Shown here: in pieces, positions 35,431-48,500 of the stretch
Numbering within the stretch: the stretch's first letter is position 1
Layout of the letters: each line of letters begins with the position of its first letter
Assembly: GCA_964016885.1 (NCBI GenBank)
Contig: OZ024762.1
Location: 29,326,001-29,390,000 of the forward strand
Direction: 5' to 3'
DNA from: Eledone cirrhosa
Taxonomy: Eukaryota
DNA length: 64,000 nt
Position numbers and translations under genes: made by a program
The notes under the pieces: generated by a model
Database searches by the model: none
Told to the model about the DNA's origin: nothing
The model's input: only the letters and a program-made list of their open reading frames with translations

Positions 35431-38400
35431 GGTAGAGGGTCAGATGTCATGTTATGGTGGTGGGTTGGCAGTAAGGGTAGAGGGTCAGATGTCAGGTTAG
35501 GGTGGTGGGTTGTCAGTAAGGGTAGAGGGTCAGATGTCAGGTTAGGGTGGTGGGTTGGCAGTAAGGGTAGAGGGTCAGATGTCATGTTAGGGTGGTGGGT
35601 TTGCAGTATTGGTAGAGGGTCAGATGTCAGGTTAGGGTGGTGGGTTGGCAGTATTGGTAGAGGGTCACATGTCAGGTTAGGGTGGTGGTTTGGCAGTATT
35701 GGTAGAGGGTCAGATGTCAGGTTAGGGTGGTGGTTTGGCAGTATTGGTAGAGGGTCAGATGTCATGTTAGGGTGGTGGTTTGGCAGAAGGGTAGAGGGTC
35801 AGATGTCATGTTAGGGTGGTGGGTTGGCAGGAAGGGTAGAGGGTCAGATGTCATGTTAGGGTGGTGGGTTGGCAGTATTGGTAGAGGGCCAGACGCCATG
35901 TTAGGGTGGTGGGTTGGCAGTATTGGTAGAGGGTCAGATGTCAGGTGAGGGTGGTGGGTTGGCAGTAAGGGTAGAGGGTCAGATGTCAGGTTAGGGTGGT
36001 GGGTTGGCAGTAAGGGTAGAGGGTCAGATGTCAGGTTAGGGTGGTGGGTTGTCAATAAGGGTAGAGGGTCAGATGTCAGGTTAGGGTGGTGGGTTGGCAG
36101 TAAGGGTAGAGGGTCAGATGTCAGGTTAGGGTGGTGGGTTGTCAGTAAGGGTAGAGGGTCAGATGTCATGTTAGGGTGGTGGGTTGGCAGTATTGGTAGA
36201 GGGTCAGATGTCATGTTAGGGTGGTGGGTTGGCAGTATTGGTAGAGGGTCAGATGTCAGGTTAGGGTGGTGGGTTGGCAGTAAGGGTAGAGGGTCAGATG
36301 TCAGGTTAGGGTTGTGGGTTGCCAGTATTGGTAGAGGGTCAGATGTCAGGTTAGGGTGGTGGGTTGGCAGTATTGGTAGAGGGTCAGATGTCAGGTTAGG
36401 GTGGTGGGTTGGCAGTATTGGTAGAGGGTCAGACGCCATGTTAGGGTGGTGGGTTGGCAGTATTGGTAGAGGGTCAGATGTCATGTTAGGGTGGTGGGTT
36501 GGCAGTATTGGTAGAGGGTCAGATGTCATGTTAGGGTGGTGGGTTGGCAGTATTGGTAGAGGTTCAGATGTCAGGTTAGGGTGGTGGGTTTGCAGTAAGG
36601 GTAGAGGGTCAGATGTCAGGTTAGGGTGGTGGGTTGCCAGTATTGGTAGAGGGTCAGATGTCAGGTTAGGGTGGTGGGTTGGCAGTATTGGTAGAGGGTC
36701 AGATGTCAGGTTAGGGTGGTGGGTTGGCAGTATTGGTAGAGGGTCAGACGCCATGTTAGGGTGGTGGGTTGGCAGTATTGGTAGAGGGTCAGATGTCATG
36801 TTAGGGTGGTGGGTTGGCAGTATTGGTAGAGGGTCAGATGTCATGTTAGGGTGGTTGGTTGGCAGTATTGGTAGAGGGTCAGATGTCAGGTTAGGGTGGT
36901 GGGTTGGAAGTAAGGGTAGAGGGTCAGATGTCAGGTTAGGGTGGTTTGCCAGTATTGGTAGAGGGTCAGATGTCAGGTTAGGGTGGTGGGTTGGCAGTAT
37001 TGGTAGAGGGTCAGATGTCTGGTTAGGGTGGTGGGTTGGCAGTATTGGTAGAGGGTCAGATGTCAGGTTAGGGTGGTGGGTTGGCGGTAAGGGTAGAGGG
37101 TCAGATGTCAGGTTAGGGGGTGGGTTGGCAGTATTGGTAGAGGGTCAGATGTCATGTTAGGGTGGTGGGTTGGCAGTATTGGTAGAGGATCAGAAGTAAT
37201 GTTAGGGTGGTGGGTTGGCAGTATTGGTAGAGGTTCAGATGTCAGGTTAGGGTGGTGGTTTGGCAGTATTGGTAGAAGGTCAGATGTCATGTTAGGGTGG
37301 TGGGTTTGCAGTATTGGTAGAGGGTCAGATGTCAGGTTAGGGTGGTGGGTTAGCAGTATTGGTAGAGGGTCACATGTCAGGTTAGGGTGGTGGTTTGGCA
37401 GTATTGGTAGAGGGTCAGATGTCAGGTTAGGGTGGTGGTTTGGCAGTATTGGTAGAGGGTCAGATGTCATGTTAGGGTGGTGGTTTGGCAGTAAGGGTAG
37501 AGGGTCAGATGTCATGTTAGGGTGGTGGGTTGGCAGTATTGGTAGAGGGTCAGACGCCATGTTAGGGTGGTGGGTTGGCAGTATTGGTAGAGGGTCAGAT
37601 GTCATGTTAGGGTGGTGGGTTGGCAGTATTGGTAGAGGGTCAGATGTCATGTTAGGGTGGTGGGTTGGCAGTATTGGTAGAGGGTCAGATGTCAGGTTAG
37701 GGTGGTGGGTTGGCAGTAAGGGTAGAGGGTCAGATGTCAGGTTAGGGTGGTGGGTTGCCAGTATTGGTAGAGGGTCAGATGTCAGGTTAGGGTGGTGGGT
37801 TGGCAGTATTGGTAGAGGGTCAGATGTCAGGTTAGGGTGGTGGGTTGGCAGTATTGGTAGAGGGTCAGACGCCATGTTAGGGTGGTGGGTTGGCAGTATT
37901 GGTAGAGGGTCAGATGTCATGTTAGGGTGGTGGGTTGGCAGTATTGGTAGAGGGTCAGATGTCAGGTTAGGGTGGTGGGTTGGCAGTAAGGGTAGAGGGT
38001 CAGATGTCAGGTTAGGGTGGTGGGTTGCCAGTATTGGTAGAGGGTCAGATGTCAGGTTAGGGTGGTGGGTTGGCAGTATTGGTAGAGGGTCAGATGTCAG
38101 GTTAGGGTGGTGGGTTGGCAGTATTGGTAGAGGGTCAGATGTCATGTTAGGGTGGTGGGTTGGCAGTATTGGTAGAGGGTCAGATGTCAGGTTATGGTGG
38201 TGGGTTGGCAGTAAGGGTAGAGGGTCAGATGTCAGGTTAGGGTGGTGGGTTGCCAGTATTGGTAGAGGGTCAGATGTCAGGTTAGGGTGGTGGGTTGGCA
38301 GTATTGGTAGAGGGTCAGATGTCAGGTTAGGGTGGTGGGTTGGCAGTAAGGGTAGAGGGTCAGATGTCAGGTTAGGGTGGTGGGTTGTCAGTAAGGGTAG

Positions 38401-39649
38401 AGGGTCAGATGTCATGTTAGGGTGGTGGTTTGGCAGTAAGGGTAGAGGGTCAGATGTCAGGTTAGGGTGGTGGGTTGTCAGTAAGGGTAGAGGGTCAGAT
38501 GTCAGGTTAGGGTGGTGGGTTGGCAGTATGGGTAGAGGGTCAGATGTCAGGTTAGGGTGGTGGGTTGTCAGTAAGGGTAGAGGGTCAGATGTCAGGTTAG
38601 GGTGGTGGGTTGTCAGTAAGGGTAGAGGGTCAGATGTCAGGTTAGGGTGGTGGGTTGGCAGTAAGGGTAGAGGGTCAGATGTCAGGTTAGGGTGGTGGGT
38701 TGGCAGTATTGGTAGAGGGTCAGATGTCAGGTTAGGGTGGTGGGTTGGCAGTATTGGTAGAGGGTCAGATGTCATGTTAGGGTGGTGGGTTGGCAGTATT
38801 GGTAGAGGGTCAGATGTCAGGTTATGGTGGTGGGTTGGCAGTAAGGGTAGAGGGTCAGATGTCAGGTTAGGGTGGTGGGTTGCCAGTATTGGTAGAGGGT
38901 CAGATGTCAGGTTAGGGTGGTGGGTTGGCAGTATTGGTAGAGGGTCAGATGTCAGGTTAGGGTGGTGGGTTGGCAGTAAGGGTAGAGGGTCAGATGCCAT
39001 GTTATGGTGGTGGGTTGGCAGTAAGGGTAGAGGGTCAGATGTCATGTTAGGGTGGTGGTTTGGCAGTAAGGGTAGAGGGTCAGATGTCAGGTTAGGGTGG
39101 TGGGTTGTCAGTAAGGGTAGAGGGTCAGATGTCAGGTTAGGGTGGTGGGTTGGCAGTAAGGGTAGAGGGTCAGATGTCAGGTTAGGGTGGTGGGTTGTCA
39201 GTAAGGGTAGAGGGTCAGATGTCAGGTTAGGGTGGTGGGTTGTCAGTAAGGGTAGAGGGTCAGATGTCAGGTTAGGGTGGTGGGTTGGCAGTAAGGGTAG
39301 AGGGTCAGATGTCAGGTTAGGGTGGTGGGTTGGCAGTAAGGGTAGAGGGTCAGATGTCAGGTTAGGGTGGTGGGTTGGCAGTAAGGGTAGAGGGTTAGAT
39401 GTCATGTTAGGGTGGTGGGTTGGCAGTAAGGGTAGAGGGTCAGATGTCATGTTAGGGTGGTGGGTTGGCAGTAAGGGTAGAGGGTCAGACACCATGTTAG
39501 GGTGGTGGGTTGGCAGTTAGGGTAGAGGGTCAGATGTCATGTTATGGTGGTGGGTTGGCAGTAAGGGTAGAGGGTCAGATGTCAGGTTAGGGTGGTGGGT
39601 TGTCAGTAAGGGTAGAGGGTCAGATGTCAGGTTAGGGTGGTGGGTTGGC

Positions 39650-42600
39650 AGTAAGGGTAGAGGGTCAGATGTCATGTTAGGGTGGTGGGTTTGCAGTATT
39701 GGTAGAGGGTCAGATGTCAGGTTAGGGTGGTGGGTTGGCAGTATTGGTAGAGGGTCAGATGTCAGGTTAGGGTGGTGGTTTGGCAGTATTGGTAGAGGGT
39801 CAGATGTCAGGTTAGGGTGGTGGTTTGGCAGTATTGGTAGAGGGTCAGATGTCATGTTAGGGTGGTGGTTTGGCAGTAAGGGTAGAGGGTCAGATGTCAT
39901 GTTAGGGTGGTGGGTTGGCAGGAAGGGTAGAGGGTCAGATGTCATGTTAGGGTGGTGGGTTGGCAGTATTGCTAGAGGGCCAGACGTCATGTTAGGGTGG
40001 GGGGTTGGCAGTATTGGTAGAGGGTCAGATGTCATGTTAGGGTGGTGGGTTGGCAGTATTGGTAGAGGGTCAGATGTCATGTTAGGGTGGTGGGTTGGCA
40101 GTATTGGTAGAGGGTCAGATGTCAGGTTAGGGTGGTGGGTTGGCAGTATTGGTAGAGGGTCAGACGCCATGTTAGGGTGGTGGGTTGGCAGTATTGGTAG
40201 AGGGTCAGATGTCATGTTAGGGTGGTGGGTTGGCAGTATTGGTAGAGGGTCAGATGTCATGTTAGGGTGGTGGGTTGGCAGTATTGGTAGAGGGTCAGAC
40301 GCCATGTTAGGGTGGTGGGTTGGCAGTATTGGTAGAGGGTCAGATGTCATGTTAGGGTGGTGGGTTGGCAGTATTGGTAGAGGGTCAGATGTCATGTTAG
40401 GGTGGTGGGTTGGCAGTATTGGTAGAGGGTCAGATGTCAGGTTAGGGTGGTGGGTTGGCAGTAAGGGTAGAGGGTCAGATGTCAGGTTAGGGTGGTGGGT
40501 TGCCAGTATTGGTAGAGGGTCAGATGTCAGGTTAGGGTGGTGGGTTGGCAGTATTGGTAGAGGGTCAGATGTCAGGTTAGGGTGGTGGGTTGGCAGTATT
40601 GGTAGAGGGTCAGATGTCATGTTAGGGTGGTGGGTTGGCAGTATTGGTAGAGGGTCAGATGTCAGGTTATGGTGGTGGGTTGGCAGTAAGGGTAGAGGGT
40701 CAGATGTCATGTTAGGGTGGTGGGTTGGCAGGAAGGGTAGAGGGTCAGATGTCAGGTTAGGATGGTGGGTTGGCAGTATTGGTAGAGGGTCCGATGTCAG
40801 GTTAGGGTGGTGGGTTGGCAGTAAGGGTAGAGTGTCAGACACCATGTTAGGGTGGTGGGTTGGCATAAAGGGTAGAGGGTCAGACACCATGTTAGGGTGA
40901 TGGGTTGGCGGTAAGGGTAGAGGGTCAGATGCCATGTTAGGGTGGTGGGTTGGCAGTAAGGGTAGAGGGTCAGATGCCATGTTATGGTGGTGGGTTGGCA
41001 GTAAGGGTAGAGGGTCAGATGTCATGTTAGGGTGGTGGTTTGGCAGTAAGGGTAGAGGGTCAGATGTCAGGTTAGGGTGGTGGGTTGGCAGTAAGGGTAG
41101 AGGGTCAGATGTCATGTTAGGGTGGTGGGTTGCCAGTATTGGTAGAGGGTCAGATGTCAGGTTAGGGTGGTGGGTTGCCAGTATTGGTAGAGGGTCAGAT
41201 GTCAGGTTAGGGTGGTGGGTTGGCAGTATTGGTAGAGGGTCAGATGTCAGGTTAGGGTGGTGGGTTGGCAGTATTGGTAGAGGGTCAGATGTCATGTTAG
41301 GGTGGTGGGTTGGCAGTATTGGTAGAGGGTCAGATGTCAGGTTATGGTGGTGGGTTGGCAGTAAGGGTAGAGGGTCAGATGTCAGGTTAGGGTGGTGGGT
41401 TGCCAGTATTGGTAGAGGGTCAGATGTCAGGTTAGGGTGGTGGGTTGGCAGTATTGGTAGAGGGTCAGATGCCATGTTAGGGTGGTGGGTTGGCAGTAAG
41501 GGTAGAGGGTCAGATGCCATGTTATGGTGGTGGGTTGGCAGTAAGGGTAGAGGGTCAGATGTCATGTTAGGGTGGTGGTTTGGCAGTAAGGGTAGAGGGT
41601 CAGATGTCAGGTTAGGGTGGTGGGTTGTCAGTAAGGGTAGAGGGTCAGATGTCAGGTTAGGGTGGTGGGTTGGCAGTAAGGGTAGAGGGTCAGATGTCAG
41701 GTTAGGGTGGTGGGTTGTCAGTAAGGGTAGAGGGTCAGATGTCAGGTTAGGGTGGTGGGTTGTCAGTAAGGGTAGAGGGTCAGATGTCAGGTTAGGGTGG
41801 TGGGTTGGCAGTAAGGGTAGAGGGTCAGATGTCAGGTTAGGGTGGTGGGTTGGCAGTAAGGGTAGAGGGTCAGATGTCAGGTTAGGGTGGTGGGTTGGCA
41901 GTAAGGGTAGAGGGTCAGATGTCATGTTAGGGTGGTGGGTTTGCAGTATTGGTAGAGGGTCAGATGTCAGGTTAGGGTGGTGGGTTGGCAGTATTGGTAG
42001 AGGGTCACATGTCAGGTTAGGGTGGTGGTTTGGCAGTATTGGTAGAGGGTCAGATGTCAGGTTAGGGTGGTGGTTTGGCAGTATTGGTAGAGGGTCAGAT
42101 GTCATGTTAGGGTGGTGGTTTGGCAGTAAGGGTAGAGGGTCAGATGTCATGTTAGGGTGGTGGGTTGGCAGGAAGGGTAGAGGGTCAGATGTCATGTTAG
42201 GGTGGTGGGTTGGCAGTATTGGTAGAGGGCCAGACGCCATGTTAGGGTGGGGGGTTGGCAGTATTGGTAGAGGGTCAGATGTCATGTTAGGGTGGTGGGT
42301 TGGCAGTATTGGTAGAGGGTCAGATGTCATGTTAGGGTGGTGGGTTGGCAGTATTGGTAGAGGGTCAGATGTCAGGTTAGGGTGGTGGGTTGGCAGTATT
42401 GATAGAGGGTCAGACGCCATGTTAGGGTGGTGGGTTGGCAGTATTGGTAGAGGGTCAGATGTCATGTAAGGGTGGTGGGTTGGCAGTATTGGTAGAGGGT
42501 CAGATGTCATGTTAGGGTGGTGGGTTGGCAGTATTGGTAGAGGGTCAGACGCCATGTTAGGGTGGTGGGTTGGCAGTATTGGTAGAGGGTCAGATGTCAT

Positions 42601-43330
42601 GTTAGGGTGGTGGGTTGGCAGTATTGGTAGAGGGTCAGATGTCATGTTAGGGTGGTGGGTTGGCAGTATTGGTAGAGGGTCAGATGTCAGGTTAGGTTGG
42701 TGGGTTGGCAGTAAGGGTAGAGGGTCAGATGTCAGGTTAGGATGGTGGGTTGCCAGTATTGGTAGAGGGTCAGATGTCAGGTTAGGGTGGTGGGTTGGCA
42801 GTATTGGTAGAGGGTCAGATGTCAGGTTAGGGTGGTGGGTTGGCAGTATTGGTAGAGGGTCAGATGTCATGTTAGGGTGGTGGGTTGGCAGTATTGATAG
42901 AGGGTCAGATGTCAGGTTATGGTGGTGGGTTGGCAGTAAGGGTAGAGGGTCAGATGTCATGTTAGGGTGGTGGGTTGGCAGGAAGGGTAGAGGGTCAGAT
43001 GTCAGGTTAGGGTGGTGGGTTGGCAGTATTGGTAGAGGGTCCGATGTCAGGTTAGGGTGGTGGGTTGGCAGTAAGGGTAGAGTGTCAGACACCATGTTAG
43101 GGTGGTGGGTTGGCATAAAGGGTAGAGGGTCAGACACCATGTTAGGGTGATGGGTTGGCAGTAAGGGTAGAGGGTCAGATGCCATGTTAGGGTGGTGGGT
43201 TGGCAGTAATGGTAGAGGGTCAGATGCCATGTTATGGTGGTGGGTTGGCAGTAAGGGTAGTGGGTCAGATGTCATGTTAGGGTGGTGGTTTGGCAGTAAG
43301 GGTAGAGGGTCAGATGTCAGGTTAGGGTGG
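39650..43330 (+). repeat. Approx. 1.4-kb segment duplicated at offset 2250 nt (50 monomers)
   Basis: GTGGGGGG variant at about 39998/42248, CCGATG at 40791/43041, TGA variant ending 40900/43150. Confidence 0.78.
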
Positions 43331-45554
43331 TGGGTTGTCAGTAAGGGTAGAGGGTCAGATGTCAGGTTAGGGTGGTGGGTTGGCAGTAAGGGTAGAGGGT
43401 CAGATGTCAGGTTAGGGTGGTGGGTTGTCAGTAAGGGTAGAGGGTCAGATGTCAGGTTAGGGTGGTGGGTTGTCAGTAAGGGTAGAGGGTCAGATGTCAG
43501 GTTAGGGTGGTGGGTTGGCAGTAAGGGTAGAGGGTCAGATGTCAGGTTAGGGTGGTGGGTTGGCAGTAAGGGTAGAGGGTCAGATGTCAGGTTAGGGTGG
43601 TGGGTTGGCAGTAAGTGAAGAGGGTCAGATGTCATGTTAGGGTGGTGGGTTGGCAGTAAGGGTAGAGGGTCAGATGTCATGTTAGGGTGGTGGGTTGGCA
43701 GTAAGGGTAGAGGGTCAGATGTCATGTTAGGGTGATGGGTTGGCAGTATTGGTAGAGGGTCAGATGTCAGGTTAGGGTGGTGGGTTGGCAGTAAGGGTAG
43801 AGGGTCAGATGTCAGGTTAGGGTGGTGGGTTGCCAGTATTGGTAGAGGGTCAGATGTCAGGTTAGGGTGGTGGGTTGGCAGTATTGGTAGAGGGTCAGAT
43901 GTCAGGTTAGGGTGGTGGGTTGGCAGTATTGGTAGAGGGTCAGATGTCAGGTTAGGGTGGTGGGTTGGCAGTATTGGTAGAGGGTCAGACGCCATGTTAG
44001 GGTGGTGGGTTGGCAGTATTGGTAGAGGGTCAGATGTCATGTTAGGGTGGTGGGTTGGCAGTATTGGTAGAGGGTCAGATGTCATGTTAGGGTGGTGGGT
44101 TGGCAGTATTGGTAGAGGGTCAGATGTCAGGTTAGGGTGGTGGGTTGGCAGTAAGGGTAGAGGGTCAGATGTCAGGTTAAGGTGGTGGGTTGTCAGTATT
44201 GGTAGAGGGTCAGATGTCATGTTAGGGTGGTGGGTTGGCAGTATTGGTAGAGGGTCAGATGTCAGGTTAGGGTGGTGGGTTGGCAGTAAGAGTAGAGGGT
44301 CAGATGTCAGGTTAGGGTGGTGGGTTGCCAGTATTGGTAGAGGGTCAGATGTCAGGTTAGGGTGGTGGGTTGGCAGTATTGGTAGAGGGTCAGATGTCAG
44401 GTTAGGGTGGTGGGTTGGCAGTATTGGTAGAGGGTCAGATGTCAGGTGAGGGTGGTGGGTTGGCAGTAAGGGTAGAGGGTCAGATGTCAGGTTAGGGTGG
44501 TGGGTTGGCAGTATTGGTAGAGGGTCAGATGTCATGTTAGGGTGGTGGGTTGGCAGTATTGGTAGAGGGTCAGATGTCATGTTAGGGTGGTGGGTTGGCA
44601 GTATTGGTAGAGGATCAGATGTCATGTTAGGGTGGTGGGTTGGCAGTATTGGTAGAGGGTCAGATGTCAGGTTAGGGTGGTGGGTTGGCAGTAAGGGTAG
44701 AGGGTCAGATGTCAGGTTAGGGTGGTGGGTTGGCAGTATTGGTAGAGGGTCAGATGTCAGGTTAGGGTGGTGGGTTGGCAGTAAGGGTAGAGGGTCAGAT
44801 GTCAGGTTAGGGTGGTGGGTTGGCAGTAAGGGTAGAGGGTCAGATGTCAGGTTAGGGTGGTGGGTTGGCAGTATTGGTAGAGGGTCAGATGTCAGGTTAG
44901 GGTGGTGGGTTGGCAGTATTGGTAGAGGGTCAGATGTCAGGTTAGGGTGGTGGGTTGGCAGTATTGGTAGAGGGTCAGATGTCAGGTTAGGGTGGTGGGT
45001 TGGCAGTAAGGGTAGAGGGTCAGATGTCATGTTAGGGTGGTGGGTTGGCAGTATTGGTAGAGGGTCAGATGTCAGGTTAGGGTGGTGGGTTGTCAGTATG
45101 GGTAGAGGCTCAGATGTCAGGTTAGGGTGGTGGGTTGTCAGTAAGGGTAGAGGGTCAGATGTCAGGTTAGGGTGGTGGGTTGGCAGTAAGGGTAGAGGGT
45201 CAGATGTCATGTTAGGGTGGTGGGTTGGCAGTAAGGGTAGAGGGTCAGATGTCATGTTAGGGTGGTGGGTTGGCAGTAAGGGTAGAGGGTCAGACACCAT
45301 GTTAGGGTGGTGGGTTGGCAGTAAGGGTAGAGGGTCAGATGTCATGTTAGGGTGGTGGGTTGGCAGTAAGGGTAGAGGGTCAGATGTCAGGTTAGGGTGG
45401 TGGGTTGTCAGTAAGGGTAGAGGGTCAGATGTCAGGTTAGGGTGGTGGGTTGGCAGTAAGGGTAGAGGGTCAGATGTCATGTTATGGTGGTGGGTTTGCA
45501 GTATTGGTAGAGGGTCAGATGTCATGTTAGGGTGGTGGGTTGGCAGTATTGGTA

Positions 45555-48500
45555 GAGGGTCAGATGTCATGTTAGGGTGGTGGGTTGGCAGTATTCGTAG
45601 AGGGTCAGATGTCAGGTTAGGGTGGTGGGTTGGCAGTAAGGGTAGAGGGTCAGATGTCAGGTTAGGGTGGTGGGTTGCCAGTATTGGTAGAGGGTCAGAT
45701 GTCAGGTTAGGGTGGTGGGTTGGCAGTATTGGTAGAGGGTCAGATGTCATGTTAGGGTGGTGGGTTGGCAGTATTGGTAGAGGGTCAGATGTCATGTTAG
45801 GGTGGTGGGTTGGCAGTATTGGTAGAGGGTCAGATGTCAGGTTAGGGTGATGGGTTGGCAGTAAGCGTAGAGGGTCAGATGTCAGGTTAGGGTGGTGGTT
45901 TGCCAGTATTGTTAGAGGGTCAGATGTCAGGTTAGGGTGGTGGGTTGGCAATATTGGTAGAGGGTCAGATGTCAGGTTAGGGTGGTGGGTTGGCAGTATT
46001 GGTAGAGGGTCAGATGTCAGGTTAGGGTGGTGGGTTGTCAGTAAGGGTAGAGGGTCAGATGTCAGGTTAGGGTGGTGGGTTGGCAGTATTGGTAGAGGGT
46101 CAGATGTCATGTTAGGGTGGTGGGTTGGCAGTATTGGTAGAGGGTCAGATGTCATGTTAGGGTGGTGGGTTGGCAGTATTGGTAGAGGATCAGAAGTCAT
46201 GTTAGGGTGGTGGGTTGGCAGTATTGGTAGAGGGTCAGATGTCAGGTTAGGGTGGTGGTTTAGCAGTATTGGTAGAGGGTCAGATGTCATGTTAGGGTGG
46301 TGGTTTGGCAGTAAGGGTAGAGGGTCAGATGTCATGTTAGGGTGGTGGGTTGGCAGTAAGGGTAGAGGGTCAGATGTCATGTTAGGGTGGTGGGTTGGCA
46401 GTATTGGTATAGGGTCAGACGCCATGTTAGGGTGGTGGGTTGGCAGTATTGGTAGAGGGTCAGATGTCATGTTAGGGTGGTGGGTTGGCAGTATTGGTAG
46501 AGGGTCAGATGTCATGTTAGGGTGGTGGGTTGGCAGTATTGGTAGAGGGTCAGATGTCAGGTTAGGGTGGTGGGTTGGCAGTAAGAGTAGAGGGTCAGAT
46601 GTCAGGTTAGGGTGGTGGGTTGCCAGTATTGGTAGAGGGTCAGATGTCAGGTTAGGGTGGTGGGTTGGCAGTATTGGTAGAGGGTCAGATGTCAGGTTAG
46701 GGTGGTGGGTTGGCAGTATTGGTAGAGGGTCAGATGTCAGGTGAGGGTGGTGGGTTGGCAGTAAGGGTAGAGGGTCAGATGTCAGGTTAGGGTGGTGGGT
46801 TGGCAGTATTGGTAGAGGGTCAGATGTCATGTTAGGGTGGTGGGTTGGCAGTATTGGTAGAGGGTCAGATGTCATGTTAGGGTGGTGGGTTGGCAGTATT
46901 GGTAGAGGATCAGATGTCATGTTAGGGTGGTGGGTTGGCAGTATTGGTAGAGGGTCAGATGTCAGGTTAGGGTGGTGGGTTGGCAGTAAGGGTAGAGGGT
47001 CAGATGTCAGGTTAGGGTGGTGGGTTGGCAGTATTGGTAGAGGGTCAGATGTCAGGTTAGGGTGGTGGGTTGGCAGTAAGGGTAGAGGGTCAGATGTCAG
47101 GTTAGGGTGGTGGGTTGGCAGTAAGGGTAGAGGGTCAGATGTCAGGTTATGGTGGTGGGTTGGCAGTATTGGTAGAGGGTCAGATGTCAGGTTAGGGTGG
47201 TGGGTTGGCAGTATTGGTAGAGGGTCAGATGTCAGGTTAGGGTGGTGGGTTGGCAGTATTGGTAGAGGGTCAGATGTCAGGTTAGGGTGGTGGGTTGGCA
47301 GTAAGGGTAGAGGGTCAGATGTCATGTTAGGGTGGTGGATGGCAGTATTGGTAGAGGGTCAGATGTCAGGTTAGGGTGGTGGGTTGTCAGTAAGGGTAGA
47401 GGCTCAGATGTCAGGTTAGGGTGGTGGGTTGTCAGTAAGGGTAGAGGGTCAGATGTCAGGTTAGGGTGGTGGGTTGGCAGTAAGGGTAGAGGGTCAGATG
47501 TCATGTTAGGGTGGTGGGTTGGCAGTAAGGGTAGAGGGTCAGATGTCATGTTAGGGTGGTGGGTTGGCAGTAAGGGTAGAGGGTCAGACACCATGTTAGG
47601 GTGGTGGGCTGGCAGTAAGGGTAGAGGGTCAGATGTCATGTTAGGGTGGTGGGTTGGCAGTAAGGGTAGAGGGTCAGATGTCAGGTTAGGGTGGTGGGTT
47701 GTCAGTAAGGGTAGAGGGTCAGATGTCAGGTTAGGGTGGTGGGTTGGCAGTAAGGGTAGAGGGTCAGATGTCATGTTATGGTGGTGGGTTTGCAGTATTG
47801 GTAGAGGGTCAGATGTCAGGTTAGGGTGGTGGGTTGGCAGTATTGGTAGAGGGTCACATGACAGGTTAGGGAGGTGGTTTGGCAGTATTGGTAGAGGGTC
47901 AGATGTCAGGTTAGGGTGGTGGTTTGGCAGTATTGGTAGAGGGTCAGATGTCATGTTAGGGTGGTGGTTTGGCAGTAAGGGTAGAGGGTCAGATGTCCTG
48001 TTAGGGTGGTGGGTTGGCAGTAAGGGTAGAGGGTCAGATGTCATGTTAGGGTGGTGGGTTGGCAGTATTGGTAGAGGGTCAGACGCCATGTTAGGGTGGT
48101 GGGTTGGCAGTATTGGTAGAGGGTCAGATGTCATGTTAGGGTGGTGGGTTGGCAGTATTGGTAGAGGGTCCGATGTCATGTTAGGGTGGTGGGTTGGCAG
48201 TATTGGTAGAGGGTCAGACGTTAGGTTAGGGTGGTGGGTTGGCAGTAAGGGTAGAGGGTCAGATGTCAGGTTAGTGTGGTGGGTTGCCAGTATTGGTAGA
48301 GGGTCAGATGTCAGGTTAGGGTGGTGGGTTGGCAGTATTGGTAGAGGGTCAGATGTCAGGTTAGGGTGGTGGGTTGGCAGTATTGGTAGAGGGTCAGACG
48401 CCATGTTAGGGTGGTGGGTTGGCAGTATTGGTAGAGGGTCAGATGTCATGTTAGGGTGGTGGGTTGGCAGTATTGGTAGAGGGTCAGATGTCATGTTAGG

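Noticed and set aside
47853-47862. GTCACATGAC, an M-box/CLEAR-like near-palindrome (also about 52398)
   Set aside because: One substitution in the CACATG variant, present twice only because of the 4.5-kb duplication. No gene is nearby.
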